Assembly (NCBI GenBank): GCA_946541645.1
Contig: CAMNJS010000001.1
Coordinates: 1 to 62,999, forward strand
From: an uncultured Bacillota bacterium
GTDB lineage: Bacteria; Bacillota_I; Bacilli_A; RF39; UBA660
Direction: 5' to 3'
Length of the DNA stretch: 62,999 nucleotides
In this document: positions 10,222 to 19,525 of the stretch, in pieces
Layout of the letters: every line of letters starts with the position of its first letter
How positions within the stretch are numbered: the stretch's first letter is position 1
The notes under the pieces: generated by a model
Databases searched by the model: none
Told to the model about the DNA's origin: nothing
The model's input: only the letters and a program-made list of their open reading frames with translations
Made by a program: the position numbers and the translations under genes

Positions 10222-10247
10222 AACAGCTTAAAAATAAGCTGTTTTTT
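10221..10247. terminator. Bidirectional rho-independent terminator
   Basis: AACAGCTTA-aaaa-TAAGCTGTT flanked by A and T runs, between convergent genes. Confidence 0.75.
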
Positions 10248-10500
10248 ACATTATCTGATAATTAGAAGAATTGTAGTTAGAACCATTATTCACAATACTT
10301 TCAAGCCTTCTAACTCTTTGTTCTAAAGAGTTAAGCTGATTTGATAAAGTGCTTATATCTGAAGTATTATTAGGCATTTGTGTAGGAACATTTACCATAT
10401 AATTACCAGGCATTGGAACCATTTCACCCGGCATAACCATTCCATTAAAACTAGGCATCATCTGTGGATATACCCCCATACAATTACGATCTTTTTTCAA
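10246..10500 (-). CDS. Small Met/Pro/Asn-rich protein with C-terminal helix, unknown function
   Basis: 84 aa. TTG start 9 nt after AAAGGAG. Sequence GVYPQMMPSFNGMVMPGEMVPMPGNYMVNVPTQMP followed by LSNQLNSLEQRVRRLESIV. Confidence 0.5.
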   Translation of the reverse strand: MKKDRNCMGVYPQMMPSFNGMVMPGEMVPMPGNYMVNVPTQMPNNTSDISTLSNQLNSLEQRVRRLESIVNNGSNYNSSNYQIM

Positions 10501-10624
10501 AATAAATTACTCCTTTCACATCTAATAAATTATATGCTTTTATCTATTTTTGGTGTCTAAATATATAAATACAAAATTTGTAGACTAAAATAAACAATTC
10601 TGATACAATTAAGGTGGTGAAATT

Positions 10625-11251
10625 ATGCGATTAAAAAACGTTAAAGGTGCTAAAGAGATCATAGAAAAGTCAGATTATATAATAAAAAATCCAGAAGAAA
10701 TTAAAGGAAGTTATGATAAAATATTTAAAAATGAAAACGATATTCACATAGAAATAGGTATGGGTAAAGGCGACTTCATAATTGAAATGGCTCAAAAATA
10801 TCCAAACATTAATTTTATTGGAATAGAAATGTTTGACAGCGTAATTGTAAGAGCTGTTCAAAAACTAGAAAATTTAAAATTACAAAACTTAAAACTAATA
10901 AGATTTGATGCAACAAACATCGAAAAAATATTTGAAAAAGAAATAACAACAATATATTTAAATTTTTCAGATCCTTGGCCAAAAAACAGACACGAACACA
11001 GAAGACTTACAAGTGAAATTTTCTTAAAGCGATATGATAAAATATTTAAAGAAAATAATCATATTATTCAAAAAACAGATAACCGAAAATTATTTGAATT
11101 TTCAGTAATTTCTTACACAAATTATGGGTATAAAATTAAAGCTATATCACTTAACTTACATGAAGATGATTTTGACAGCGTTGAAACAGAATATGAAAAA
11201 AAATATGTAAGTCAAGGACTACCTATATATATGATAGAAGTATATAAGTAG
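10625..11251 (+). CDS. trmB: tRNA (guanine46-N7)-methyltransferase
   Basis: IEIGMGKGDF (SAM-binding site) and NFSDPWPK motifs, 208 aa. Confidence 0.9.
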   Translation: MRLKNVKGAKEIIEKSDYIIKNPEEIKGSYDKIFKNENDIHIEIGMGKGDFIIEMAQKYPNINFIGIEMFDSVIVRAVQKLENLKLQNLKLIRFDATNIEKIFEKEITTIYLNFSDPWPKNRHEHRRLTSEIFLKRYDKIFKENNHIIQKTDNRKLFEFSVISYTNYGYKIKAISLNLHEDDFDSVETEYEKKYVSQGLPIYMIEVYK

Positions 11252-11332
11252 ACATTTTTTTACATGTAAAGTTATTGTTTTTCTATCAAAATAAAACAAT
11301 ATTTGATATAATCAAAGTAAGCAGGTGCATAT

Positions 11333-11935
11333 ATGAAGAGAAATATAATTATAATAAGTATTGCCATTATACTGCTGACAGGCTGTACTATAGTTAGAAT
11401 CGACACAACATCTATTGATAATATAGTGCGCGTAATAACATCTAAAGAAGGCTCTTTATATAACCATGTGGGAAGAGGATATAAGTATTACGTACCTAAA
11501 GGCGTAACTTATATTGACAGTAGTGGTTCTAATGATAAACTTTATTCAAATGGCGTGTACTATTATCTGTTTTTAGATGAAGTAAGTTACTACTATAAAA
11601 AAGCTATCAGCTACAAAGAAGATTCATCAAAAATATATTCTAAAAAGATTGAAAATGGTAGTAAAGTGGGATACTTAGAAATATCTAAAAAAAACGACCT
11701 ATATTTAGTTGAGTTTGTTTATAACTATGCTAAAATAGAAGCCTTAGTTCCGGAAAAGAAACTAAATGATACAGTTTTAAACTGCTCATACATTTTATCG
11801 ACAATAAAGTACAACAGTAATATAGTAAAATTATCATTAGAAGAAGACTTTTTAAAAAATAAAGAAGAAAAATATAACGTATTCACCCAGAAAACTAAAG
11901 ATGAAAATAGTTTCTTACGTTATGAAGAAAAGTAG
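11333..11935 (+). CDS. Putative lipoprotein, unknown function
   Basis: Signal peptide with lipobox ILLTGC. Confidence 0.55.
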   Translation: MKRNIIIISIAIILLTGCTIVRIDTTSIDNIVRVITSKEGSLYNHVGRGYKYYVPKGVTYIDSSGSNDKLYSNGVYYYLFLDEVSYYYKKAISYKEDSSKIYSKKIENGSKVGYLEISKKNDLYLVEFVYNYAKIEALVPEKKLNDTVLNCSYILSTIKYNSNIVKLSLEEDFLKNKEEKYNVFTQKTKDENSFLRYEEK

Positions 11936-11946
11936 AGGTGCTAAAA

Positions 11947-12708
11947 ATGGGTTTACTAGATAAAGTAAAAAATTTATTCACTGAAGAAGTAGAAGTTGAA
12001 GTAAAAGAACCAGAGAAAAAAGAAAAAAAGCATAAAGAAAAAAAAGAAGAAATTCAAAAAGAAGTTATTCAAGTAGAAATACCATCACCAGTTGAAATAG
12101 AAGAAGAAATGGAACCACTAGAAAAGAAAGAAGACTATAAATTTCCATTTTTTGATGACGATGATTTTGGAATGATTGATCTGGAAGCGAAAGAAAAAGA
12201 AGAAAAACCAAAAACATATCATGAGGTTTATAATCCTCCAAAAGAAGAAAAGAAAGTATTCAAACCATCACCAATCATATCACCAGTTTATGGATTTCTG
12301 GACAAAAATTATCAAAAAGAAGAACTTATCCAAAAAACTAATGAATATAATCCAAGAAAAGCTAGTGTTGATGAGATAAGAGATAGAGCTTATGGCAGCT
12401 TAGAGTCGGATATTGAAACAACCCTATTTGGAAACAATCGTGTATTATTTGAAGAGAAAAATGATAAAGATGAAACCGAAAAAATAAAAGAAGAAAAAGC
12501 TATTGATGAAGTAACAAATGATTATAATTCAAAAACTATTGAAGAAAAGCCGAGACACCAAAGTCTAAAAGAAGAAGACGATTTAACAGAATTAATAGAA
12601 GCTGAAATGACTAAACCCGAAAAGAAAGAAAATAGAAAACCACGAAAAATCAGCGATAAAGAATTGTTTAATCTAATTGATTCAATGTATGAAGGGGAGA
12701 TAAAATGA
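11947..12708 (+). CDS. Highly charged E/K-rich protein, unknown function
   Basis: ATG at 11947 follows AGAGGTG (the track start is a GTG). Sequence is MGLLDKVKNLF..., long E/K-rich tracts, and a conserved-looking island KPSPIISPVYGFLDKNY. Confidence 0.5.
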   Translation: MGLLDKVKNLFTEEVEVEVKEPEKKEKKHKEKKEEIQKEVIQVEIPSPVEIEEEMEPLEKKEDYKFPFFDDDDFGMIDLEAKEKEEKPKTYHEVYNPPKEEKKVFKPSPIISPVYGFLDKNYQKEELIQKTNEYNPRKASVDEIRDRAYGSLESDIETTLFGNNRVLFEEKNDKDETEKIKEEKAIDEVTNDYNSKTIEEKPRHQSLKEEDDLTELIEAEMTKPEKKENRKPRKISDKELFNLIDSMYEGEIK

Positions 12709-12989
12709 TAGTAGATATTTCGGAATTATTTACAGTATTATTTTATATATTATTAATGGTGCTAGTAATTGCTTTAATTGTCTTGGTTATTAATGCAATA
12801 AAAACACTAGGCAAGGTTGACCGACTAGTTGATGATATTAGTCAAAAATCTACCAAGTTAAATGGCGTATTTAATGTCATTGATGGTGCCACCGACGCAG
12901 TTGTCGGCTTTAGTGACAGTATAGTTGGCCTAGTAAGTGGCGCTATTGGAAAAGTATTTCATAGAAAGAAGGAAAAGGAAAATGAGTAA
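12705..12989 (+). CDS. DUF948-like membrane protein
   Basis: 94 aa with an N-terminal TM helix then a helical region. Overlaps both neighbours, so translationally coupled. Confidence 0.5.
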   Translation: MIVDISELFTVLFYILLMVLVIALIVLVINAIKTLGKVDRLVDDISQKSTKLNGVFNVIDGATDAVVGFSDSIVGLVSGAIGKVFHRKKEKENE

Positions 12990-13386
12990 AAAAGGATTTG
13001 GAAAATTTTTAGCCGGTGCAGGTATCGGCGCAGCCTTAGGACTGCTATTTGCTCCTAAAAAAGGAGACGAAACGAGGCAGGACGTTAAACAAGCATTTGA
13101 TGATTTAGTTACTAAAGTAAAAAATACTGATGCTGATGAAGTGCGTGAGACTGTTGAATTAAAAATAGCAGAATTAAAAGAAGGAATTGCAAACCTAGAT
13201 AAAGAAACTGTTTTAGAAGAAGCTAAAAAACAAGCAAAAAAATTACAAGACGCGGCTTCAGAACTAGTCGAATATGCTATTGAAAAAGGAACACCAGTAA
13301 TCGAAAAATCAGCAAATGCCATCAAGAAAAAAGTTGTAGAGGTATCTAAAGAAGTAACAAAAAAATTAGAAAAAGAAGAAAAATAG
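12982..13386 (+). CDS. YtxH domain protein
   Basis: MSKKGFGKFLAGAGIGAALGLLFAPKKGDETR is the YtxH signature. ATG at 12982 follows GGAAAAGGAAA. Confidence 0.7.
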   Translation: MSKKGFGKFLAGAGIGAALGLLFAPKKGDETRQDVKQAFDDLVTKVKNTDADEVRETVELKIAELKEGIANLDKETVLEEAKKQAKKLQDAASELVEYAIEKGTPVIEKSANAIKKKVVEVSKEVTKKLEKEEK

Positions 13387-13419
13387 TCACACAAGTGATT
13401 ATTTTTCATAGGTAAAAAT

Positions 13420-14037
13420 ATGGATTTATGGAAATATGAAAAAGAACTTTATAACCAAAATATAAAATATATTGGTGGGACAGATGAAGCCGGAAGAGGG
13501 CCACTTTATGGACCTGTAGTTGCTGCTTGTGTAGTTTTACCCAAAAAATTTAAACTAGAAGGCTTAAATGATTCTAAAAAATTAAGTGAAAAAAAGAGAA
13601 ACATTTTCTACGAGTATTTAATAAATAACGTCATATACGGTATTGGCATAGTAGACAATAAAAAAATAGATGAGATAAATATTTACGAGGCTAGCAGAGA
13701 AGCTATGAAAATAGCTATTGAAAAAGTTCGAAAACAAGTTAAACTACAATACGTCTTAACTGATGCCATGCCAATAGATTTAGATATCCCAGTTATGCCT
13801 ATTATCAAAGGAGACTCCAAAAGCATAACCATTGCAGCCGCCAGTGTAATTGCAAAAGTGACGAGAGATAAAATACTTTATGAAATAGATAAAAAATATC
13901 CAGAATATGGCTTTAAAAATCATAAAGGATATCCTACTAAGAAACATTTGGAAGCAATTAACAAAAACGGGCTTATAGACGGATACCGCTTAACTTATGG
14001 CCCTATAAAAAATTATATAGAAAAAGGAAAATGTTAA
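13420..14037 (+). CDS. rnhB: Ribonuclease HII
   Basis: GTDEAGRGPLYGPVVAA and DSK motifs, 205 aa. Confidence 0.92.
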   Translation: MDLWKYEKELYNQNIKYIGGTDEAGRGPLYGPVVAACVVLPKKFKLEGLNDSKKLSEKKRNIFYEYLINNVIYGIGIVDNKKIDEINIYEASREAMKIAIEKVRKQVKLQYVLTDAMPIDLDIPVMPIIKGDSKSITIAAASVIAKVTRDKILYEIDKKYPEYGFKNHKGYPTKKHLEAINKNGLIDGYRLTYGPIKNYIEKGKC

Positions 14038-14246
14038 ATATGATAATAAATGAAAACAATAAAGATAACATTTTAAAAGGAATAGTCAAAAGAGGTTTTA
14101 ATCAAACCCCAAACGAATTAAAAGAAAAAATTTTTAATGAACAATTAAAACAGAAAAAAGCAGATGAATCAAATAAAAATGACATAATAAATTACGAAAA
14201 AACAAGACTAAGCGAAGTAATAAATAATTTAAAAAGAATGAAATAA
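14031..14246 (+). CDS. Hypothetical small basic protein
   Basis: 71-aa ORF overlapping the rnhB stop; no recognisable motif. Confidence 0.35.
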   Translation: MLNMIINENNKDNILKGIVKRGFNQTPNELKEKIFNEQLKQKKADESNKNDIINYEKTRLSEVINNLKRMK

Positions 14247-14289
14247 TATTAAAAACATGTTATAATTAAAAATAGGAAGGTGGGGCAAA

Positions 14290-14964
14290 ATGTTTGAAGG
14301 AACAGGTAAATATTTTTTCCTAATATTCTTAATCACTATAGTAGTTTACACAACCGTTAAAATTTGTCTGGCGCATATTTTCAAAACAGCTAAAATACCA
14401 AGCTGGAAAGCCTTCATACCATTTTATAATAAACTATTATTAGTAGATAAATTAGATTTAAAACGAGAAGTTTTTTATATGACACTTATTCCATTCATCA
14501 ATCTATACTACTACTATATAATAATCGGAAAACTATTAGAAGCCTATAATATGAATGCCAAAGAAGCAATTTATTTCATTTTAATTCCAATGTATAAATT
14601 TCCAGAATTAGTCTTTAAAAGACCACAATTCATGCTCCACATGTATGATAATACTGAAGCATTCATAATAAATGAAAAAATGTTATATGAAAAAGAATCA
14701 CCGAATCAAACCAACATAGAAAATTATAATCCAGAAGTAAATAAAATAAGTGATAAACTTTACACCCAAGATAATGTATTTTCGAATAGTAGTTTAGAGC
14801 CAGACGAACGTAAAGAAACTATAGTTGAAGCCAAAGAAGAAATAAAAGAAGAAGAAAAACCAATCAATATACAAGATGGAAAACCAAAAGTTTGCCCAAA
14901 ATGCGGAACAAAACTAGAGCCATCAGCTCAAATTTGTTTTTTCTGTGGGACTCAGGTTCCTTGA
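14290..14964 (+). CDS. Membrane protein (DUF5684-like) with C-terminal zinc ribbon
   Basis: IPSWKAFIPFYN membrane motif and C-terminal CPKCGTKLEPSAQICFFCG. RBS AGGAAGGTGGGG. Confidence 0.55.
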   Translation: MFEGTGKYFFLIFLITIVVYTTVKICLAHIFKTAKIPSWKAFIPFYNKLLLVDKLDLKREVFYMTLIPFINLYYYYIIIGKLLEAYNMNAKEAIYFILIPMYKFPELVFKRPQFMLHMYDNTEAFIINEKMLYEKESPNQTNIENYNPEVNKISDKLYTQDNVFSNSSLEPDERKETIVEAKEEIKEEEKPINIQDGKPKVCPKCGTKLEPSAQICFFCGTQVP

Positions 14965-14989
14965 CAATCTAATTAGTATCCACTATAAT
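14961..14989 (+). promoter_or_regulatory. Sigma-A type promoter for the Val T-box leader
   Basis: TTGACA (14961-14966), 17-nt spacer, TATAAT (14984-14989). The -35 element overlaps the upstream stop codon. Confidence 0.75.
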
Positions 14990-14995
14990 ACTAGA

Positions 14996-15211
14996 AAAGC
15001 TTAAACAAGAGGAGTAAATATAAAACAGTTTAAAGAGAGTCAGTAGATGGTGTAAACTGATAACTGCTAATATTGAAGGTAGCTTGCTAGCTGATTTTCC
15101 GAAATAATAGTAAGAAAATACGGACTGCCCGTTAGAGCTTATAAGGTAAGAATACTTACGAATTAAGGTGGTACCACGTTCAAAACGTCCTTATATAAGG
15201 ACGCTTTTTTA
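14996..15211 (+). promoter_or_regulatory. T-box leader (tRNA-responsive riboswitch), most likely Val (GUA) specifier
   Basis: AGUA/GAA specifier loop (GAAGGUAG at 15075-15082), AGAGAG box, F-box CCCGTTAG and T-box AATTAAGGTGGTACCACG (15161-15178). The terminator ACGTCCTTA-tat-AAGGACGC + T6 shares its 5-prime arm with the antiterminator. Confidence 0.9.
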
Positions 15212-15940
15212 ATGAAAGAAAGTGTAAATATGGAAGAATTTACTAAATTTGCTGAAAAATTTAATTTAAATGATCCGATGATAAAACTAAAGTATAATCA
15301 TTCCATGCGGGTCCAAAAACTATGTGAACAAATTGCTAGATCAGAAAATGAAAACATAAAACTTGCATCAATAATTGGGCTCCTTCATGATTATGGAAGA
15401 TTTTATCAGTGGCAAGATTACCACACCTATAATGACCTTGTTTCAATTGATCATGGAGATTATGGCGTCCAAAAATTATTTGAGGAAAATGAAATAAAAT
15501 CTTTTTATCAAGAGGAAAAAATTTATAAAATAATATATGAAGCTATTAAATATCACAACAAATATTCCGTACCTAAAGAAGTAGAATCTAAAATAATGTG
15601 CGATATTGTAAGAGACGCAGATAAATTAGACATTCTATATTTATATAAAATTGGCGAATTAAAAATTAAAGAGTTAGGAAGTGTATCTGAAAAAGTAAAA
15701 GATAGTTTCTACAAACATAATCTTATAAACAACAAAGATATAAAATCAGAAATAGATATAACCATAAGAACATTAGGATTAATATACAAATTAAACTTCC
15801 TATATTCTTATAAATATCTAGATAAAAACAATATAATAAAAGAAATATTTAATAAACTTAAAGACAAAGAAAAATTAAAACCATATTTTGACGAAATAGA
15901 AAAATATATTAAAGAAAAACTAGAGGTGAAAACATGTTAG
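15212..15940 (+). CDS. HD-domain metal-dependent phosphohydrolase
   Basis: H..R...LLHDYGRF and RDADKLD motifs. Possible alternative start at 15230. Overlaps the valS start by 7 nt. Confidence 0.7.
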   Translation: MKESVNMEEFTKFAEKFNLNDPMIKLKYNHSMRVQKLCEQIARSENENIKLASIIGLLHDYGRFYQWQDYHTYNDLVSIDHGDYGVQKLFEENEIKSFYQEEKIYKIIYEAIKYHNKYSVPKEVESKIMCDIVRDADKLDILYLYKIGELKIKELGSVSEKVKDSFYKHNLINNKDIKSEIDITIRTLGLIYKLNFLYSYKYLDKNNIIKEIFNKLKDKEKLKPYFDEIEKYIKEKLEVKTC

Positions 15941-18462
15941 AAAAAAAATATAATCATAAAGAAGTTGAAAAAGATAAATACAAAACATGGCTTGATAAAG
16001 GCTATTTTAAAAGCGGCGATAAAACAAAGAAAGCTTATACAATAGTATGCCCACCGCCAAACGTAACAGGCGTTCTTCATATTGGACATGCTTGGGACAT
16101 GACCCTTCAAGATACAATAATCAGATTTAAAAAAATGCAGGGATACGACACATTATGGCTTCCAGGAATGGATCATGCCGCAATAGCTACTGAAGCCAAA
16201 GTAGTTAAAAGAATAAAAGAAGAAGGTAAAACAAAAACAAGTATAGGAAGAGAAGAATTCTTAAAAGAATGCTGGAAATGGACCCATGAACATGCTGATA
16301 TCATAAGAAAGCAGTGGGGCAAATTAGGCTTAGCTTTAGACTATGATAAAGAAAGATTTACCTTAGATGAAGGACTAACCAAAGCCGTAAAAAAAGTCTT
16401 TGTCGATTTGTATAATGAAGGTTTAATTTATAGAGGTGAAAAAATAATAAATTGGGATCCTGTAGCCAAAACAGCCTTATCAACAGAAGAGGTTATATAT
16501 CAAGATGACCCAGGAGCCTTTTATCATTTAAAATACATAATTGATGGCACAGATGAGTATCTAGATATAGCAACCACAAGACCAGAAACTTTATTTGGGG
16601 ATACTGCAGTAGCTGTCAATCCAAATGATAAAAGGTATCAAAAATATATTGGTAAAAATGTAATTTTACCAATTGTAAATAAAAAAATTCCTATTATCGC
16701 GGATGAACACGCTGATCCAGAATTTGGAACAGGCTGCGTTAAAATAACCCCGGCTCATGATCCAAACGATTTTGAAGTTGGAAATAGGCATAACCTAGAA
16801 AGAGTAGTAGTCATGAACGAAGATGCAACGATGAATGAAAATGCTGGCAAATATGAGGGTATGACTAGAGAAAAATGCAGAGAAGAATTGCTTAAAGATT
16901 TAGAAAAAGAAGGACTACTTTTAAACATTGAAAAAATGACCCACTCTGTAGGACACTCAGAAAGAACAGGGGCTGTCATCGAACCATATCTTTCAAAACA
17001 ATGGTTTGTCAAAATGAGACCACTAGCTGATAGAGTATTAAGTAACCAAAAAAATAAAGAAGGTAAAGTAAATTTTGTTCCTGCAAGATATGAAAAAACT
17101 ATGAATCACTGGATGGAAATAACTTACGACTGGTGCATATCAAGACAATTATGGTGGGGTCATAGAATCCCTGCTTGGTATAAAAATGATGAAATTTACG
17201 TTGGTATAGAACCTCCTAAAAGCGATGGCTGGACGCAAGATGAAGATGTATTAGATACCTGGTTTTCATCAGCCCTATGGCCATTTGCTACCTTAGGGTG
17301 GCCAGAAAGTACAGATTTACTAAAAAGGTACTATCCAAACGATGTTTTAGTAACCGGTTATGATATTATCCCGTTTTGGGTAAATAGAATGACTTTCCAA
17401 GGGTTACACTTTACAGACTCAAGGCCATTTAAAGATTGCCTAATTCATGGGCTTATCCGAGATAAAGAAGGAAGAAAAATGAGTAAATCCTTAGGTAACG
17501 GTGTAGATCCAATGGACGTTATCGATAATTATGGAGCAGATTCATTAAGGTTTTTCCTACTTAAAAGTTCCGCACCAGGCATGGATTTAAGATACGATGA
17601 AGACAAAGTAAAAGCATCTTGGAATTTCATAAATAAACTTTGGAACGCGTCAAGATATGTTCTAATGAACATTGAAGATTTAAACGTAAGTAAATATAAC
17701 AAAGATGAACTAACTATATCAGATAAATGGATATTAACTGAAAAAAACAACCTTATAAAAAACGTAACTAGAAATATGAATAATTATAATTTCCACAATG
17801 CTGGAAATCAAATATATGATTTTACATGGTCTAAATTCTGTGACTGGTATATAGAACTTTCTAAAAATAACATGAATACAACCACTAAAACAGTATTGTT
17901 AGATGTTCTTACAACAATATTAAAACTACTTCATCCATTTATGCCATACGTTACTGAAGAAATATATAGAAAACTACCTATAAAAGAACAAGAATCAATT
18001 ATGATTTCTCCATATCCAAAATATAATAAAGATGAAATATTTACTAAAGAAGAAGAAAAGCTAGATAAAATAATTAACGATATCATATCTATAAGAACCC
18101 TAAAACTAAATAACAATATTAAAAAAGACGCTTTAGTAAAAATAAACTGTCTACCAGAGACTTATAGTATATATAAAAGTTCATTAAAAATAAATGATGA
18201 AAATATAGTCACCGAAAAACAAGATTTAAACAGTATAAACTATAAATCAACTATGATTGATATTACATACTATTTCAAAACAGAGGAAGTAGATGAATCA
18301 GCAAAACAAAAAGAAATAGAAGACTTAAAAGTATCAATAGAAAGAAGACAAAAACTACTTTCAAATGCAAACTATGTAAATAAAGCGCCAAAACAAATAG
18401 TTGATAATGAAAGGAAAAAATTAGAAGAAGAAAAAACAAAACTAGAAAGTTTACAAAAATAA
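15934..18462 (+). CDS. valS: Valine--tRNA ligase
   Basis: HIGH ([12 protein letters not shown]) and KMSKS ([10 protein letters not shown]) motifs, C-terminal coiled coil, 842 aa. Confidence 0.97.
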   Translation: MLEKKYNHKEVEKDKYKTWLDKGYFKSGDKTKKAYTIVCPPPNVTGVLHIGHAWDMTLQDTIIRFKKMQGYDTLWLPGMDHAAIATEAKVVKRIKEEGKTKTSIGREEFLKECWKWTHEHADIIRKQWGKLGLALDYDKERFTLDEGLTKAVKKVFVDLYNEGLIYRGEKIINWDPVAKTALSTEEVIYQDDPGAFYHLKYIIDGTDEYLDIATTRPETLFGDTAVAVNPNDKRYQKYIGKNVILPIVNKKIPIIADEHADPEFGTGCVKITPAHDPNDFEVGNRHNLERVVVMNEDATMNENAGKYEGMTREKCREELLKDLEKEGLLLNIEKMTHSVGHSERTGAVIEPYLSKQWFVKMRPLADRVLSNQKNKEGKVNFVPARYEKTMNHWMEITYDWCISRQLWWGHRIPAWYKNDEIYVGIEPPKSDGWTQDEDVLDTWFSSALWPFATLGWPESTDLLKRYYPNDVLVTGYDIIPFWVNRMTFQGLHFTDSRPFKDCLIHGLIRDKEGRKMSKSLGNGVDPMDVIDNYGADSLRFFLLKSSAPGMDLRYDEDKVKASWNFINKLWNASRYVLMNIEDLNVSKYNKDELTISDKWILTEKNNLIKNVTRNMNNYNFHNAGNQIYDFTWSKFCDWYIELSKNNMNTTTKTVLLDVLTTILKLLHPFMPYVTEEIYRKLPIKEQESIMISPYPKYNKDEIFTKEEEKLDKIINDIISIRTLKLNNNIKKDALVKINCLPETYSIYKSSLKINDENIVTEKQDLNSINYKSTMIDITYYFKTEEVDESAKQKEIEDLKVSIERRQKLLSNANYVNKAPKQIVDNERKKLEEEKTKLESLQK

Positions 18463-18473
18463 AATCACTGCTA

Positions 18474-18502
18474 TTGATTTATCAAAAAAAATATGGTATA
18501 TT
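18474..18502 (+). promoter_or_regulatory. Sigma-A type promoter with extended -10
   Basis: TTGATT (18474-18479), 17-nt spacer, TGgTATATT (18494-18502). Confidence 0.6.
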
Positions 18503-18537
18503 AAATTTAAAGTAAGGGGCGAGGAGGTGATACATAT

Positions 18538-18969
18538 ATGAAACAAAATCAAAAAGGTTTTACACTTATCGAACTTTTAGCCGTAATTGTTATCTTAGCT
18601 ATTATCGCCTTAATCGCTACTCCAATTGTCATGAATGTTATTAATAAATCTAGACAAAAGGCAGCTGAAGATAGTGCATATGGTGTCATTGAAGCTATAA
18701 AAGCAAAGCATGCCGAAAGAATGCTAGATACATCTAGTGATATTAGTGAAAGTATCGAAGTTACATGGAGTGATGGCGTAGGTACAATTACAAATTCAAC
18801 TGAAACAGTTACTGTTAGTGGAACTAAACCAACTGCCGGAAAAGTTTCAATATCTTCAAATGGTACAGTTAATGTAGAAGGATTAAAGATTAACGGCTAT
18901 ACATGTAATGGTAGTGATACTGTAACATGTTCAAATGCTGCTGATGCCGCTAACAATGGTGGTAATTAA
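18538..18969 (+). CDS. Prepilin-type N-terminal cleavage/methylation domain protein (type IV pilin-like), P1
   Basis: MKQNQKG|FTLIELLAVIVILAIIALIATP class III signal peptide with Glu at +5. C-terminal Cys pair YTCNGSDTVTC. Strong RBS GAGGAGGTGA. Confidence 0.85.
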   Translation: MKQNQKGFTLIELLAVIVILAIIALIATPIVMNVINKSRQKAAEDSAYGVIEAIKAKHAERMLDTSSDISESIEVTWSDGVGTITNSTETVTVSGTKPTAGKVSISSNGTVNVEGLKINGYTCNGSDTVTCSNAADAANNGGN

Positions 18970-18994
18970 AAACGGAAAATATTTCCGTTTTTTT
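18969..18994 (+). terminator. Rho-independent terminator
   Basis: AAACGGAAA-ata-TTTCCGTTT followed by TTTT. Confidence 0.8.
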
Positions 18995-18999
18995 AAATC

Positions 19000-19028
19000 T
19001 TGAATAAATAAAACTATTATGCTATTAT
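19000..19028 (+). promoter_or_regulatory. Candidate sigma-A promoter
   Basis: TTGAAT (19000-19005), 17-nt spacer, TATTAT (19023-19028). A TATAAT also sits at 19029-19034. Confidence 0.45.
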
Positions 19029-19047
19029 TATAATAGAGGCTGATAGT

Positions 19048-19473
19048 ATGGAAGATAATTTTAAGGAAATTAAAATGGTTGAAAATGGTTTAGTTATTAT
19101 TTTGCTTTTTGTTATTATAATTATTTTGCTTCCATCTGTTACTGCAGTAATTTCAAAATCCATGCAAATGTCAGCTAAAACAAATACCAAAGGCACAGTA
19201 GAAATTGTAAAAGAATTATATATAAACATAAATTTAACTGATGACGTAATTTTGCCATTTAAAGTAATTTACAATAAAAAAGGATATGAAATATATAGTG
19301 GTGGAGAAAAATATACTCCAGTAAAAACAATTAAGATAAAAAATGAAGGGAAACTTCCCACAAGTGGAAGTGTTGAAATAGATTCAGAAGGCTACACAAC
19401 AGTTAAAAATTTAAAATTTGGTCTATACAAATGTAATCAAATTAAAGATGGAGATATAGTTTGCGAAATATAA
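19048..19473 (+). CDS. Degenerate pilin-like paralog of P1 (P2)
   Basis: Hydrophobic N-terminal helix (ENGLVIILLFVIIIILLP) without the FTLxE motif. The C-terminus GKLPTSGSVEIDSEGYTTVKNLKFGLYKCNQIKDGDIVC aligns with P1 GTKPTAGKVSISSNGTVNVEGLKINGYTCNGSDTVTC. Alternative start at 19075. Confidence 0.5.
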   Translation: MEDNFKEIKMVENGLVIILLFVIIIILLPSVTAVISKSMQMSAKTNTKGTVEIVKELYININLTDDVILPFKVIYNKKGYEIYSGGEKYTPVKTIKIKNEGKLPTSGSVEIDSEGYTTVKNLKFGLYKCNQIKDGDIVCEI

Positions 19474-19499
19474 CGGTTATTGCATAAAAACCGTTTTTT
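19472..19499 (+). terminator. Rho-independent terminator
   Basis: AACGGTT-attgcataa-AACCGTT followed by TTTT. Confidence 0.7.
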
Positions 19500-19525
19500 A
19501 TTTATAATAAAATTAGGTGATGAAC

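Noticed and set aside
12176-12379. 67-aa plus-strand ORF in an alternative frame
   Set aside because: It is produced by the purine-rich (GAA/AAA) repeats of the E/K-rich gene. It gives a poly-K product and has no RBS.
12930-13409. 159-aa ORF on the minus strand
   Set aside because: It lies fully antisense to the YtxH gene, which has a clear family signature and an RBS. Its S/F/A-rich composition is the mirror image of a K/E-rich gene, and it has no RBS.
15075-15082. Reading the first T-box specifier as GGU (Gly) using the GAA-NNN-A register
   Set aside because: The UGGU acceptor-pairing bulge predicts an A73 discriminator (Val/Leu type, not Gly). The codon adjacent to the closing helix is GUA followed by a purine, and the regulated aaRS gene is valS. 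The ambiguity is kept as a note inside the T-box finding.
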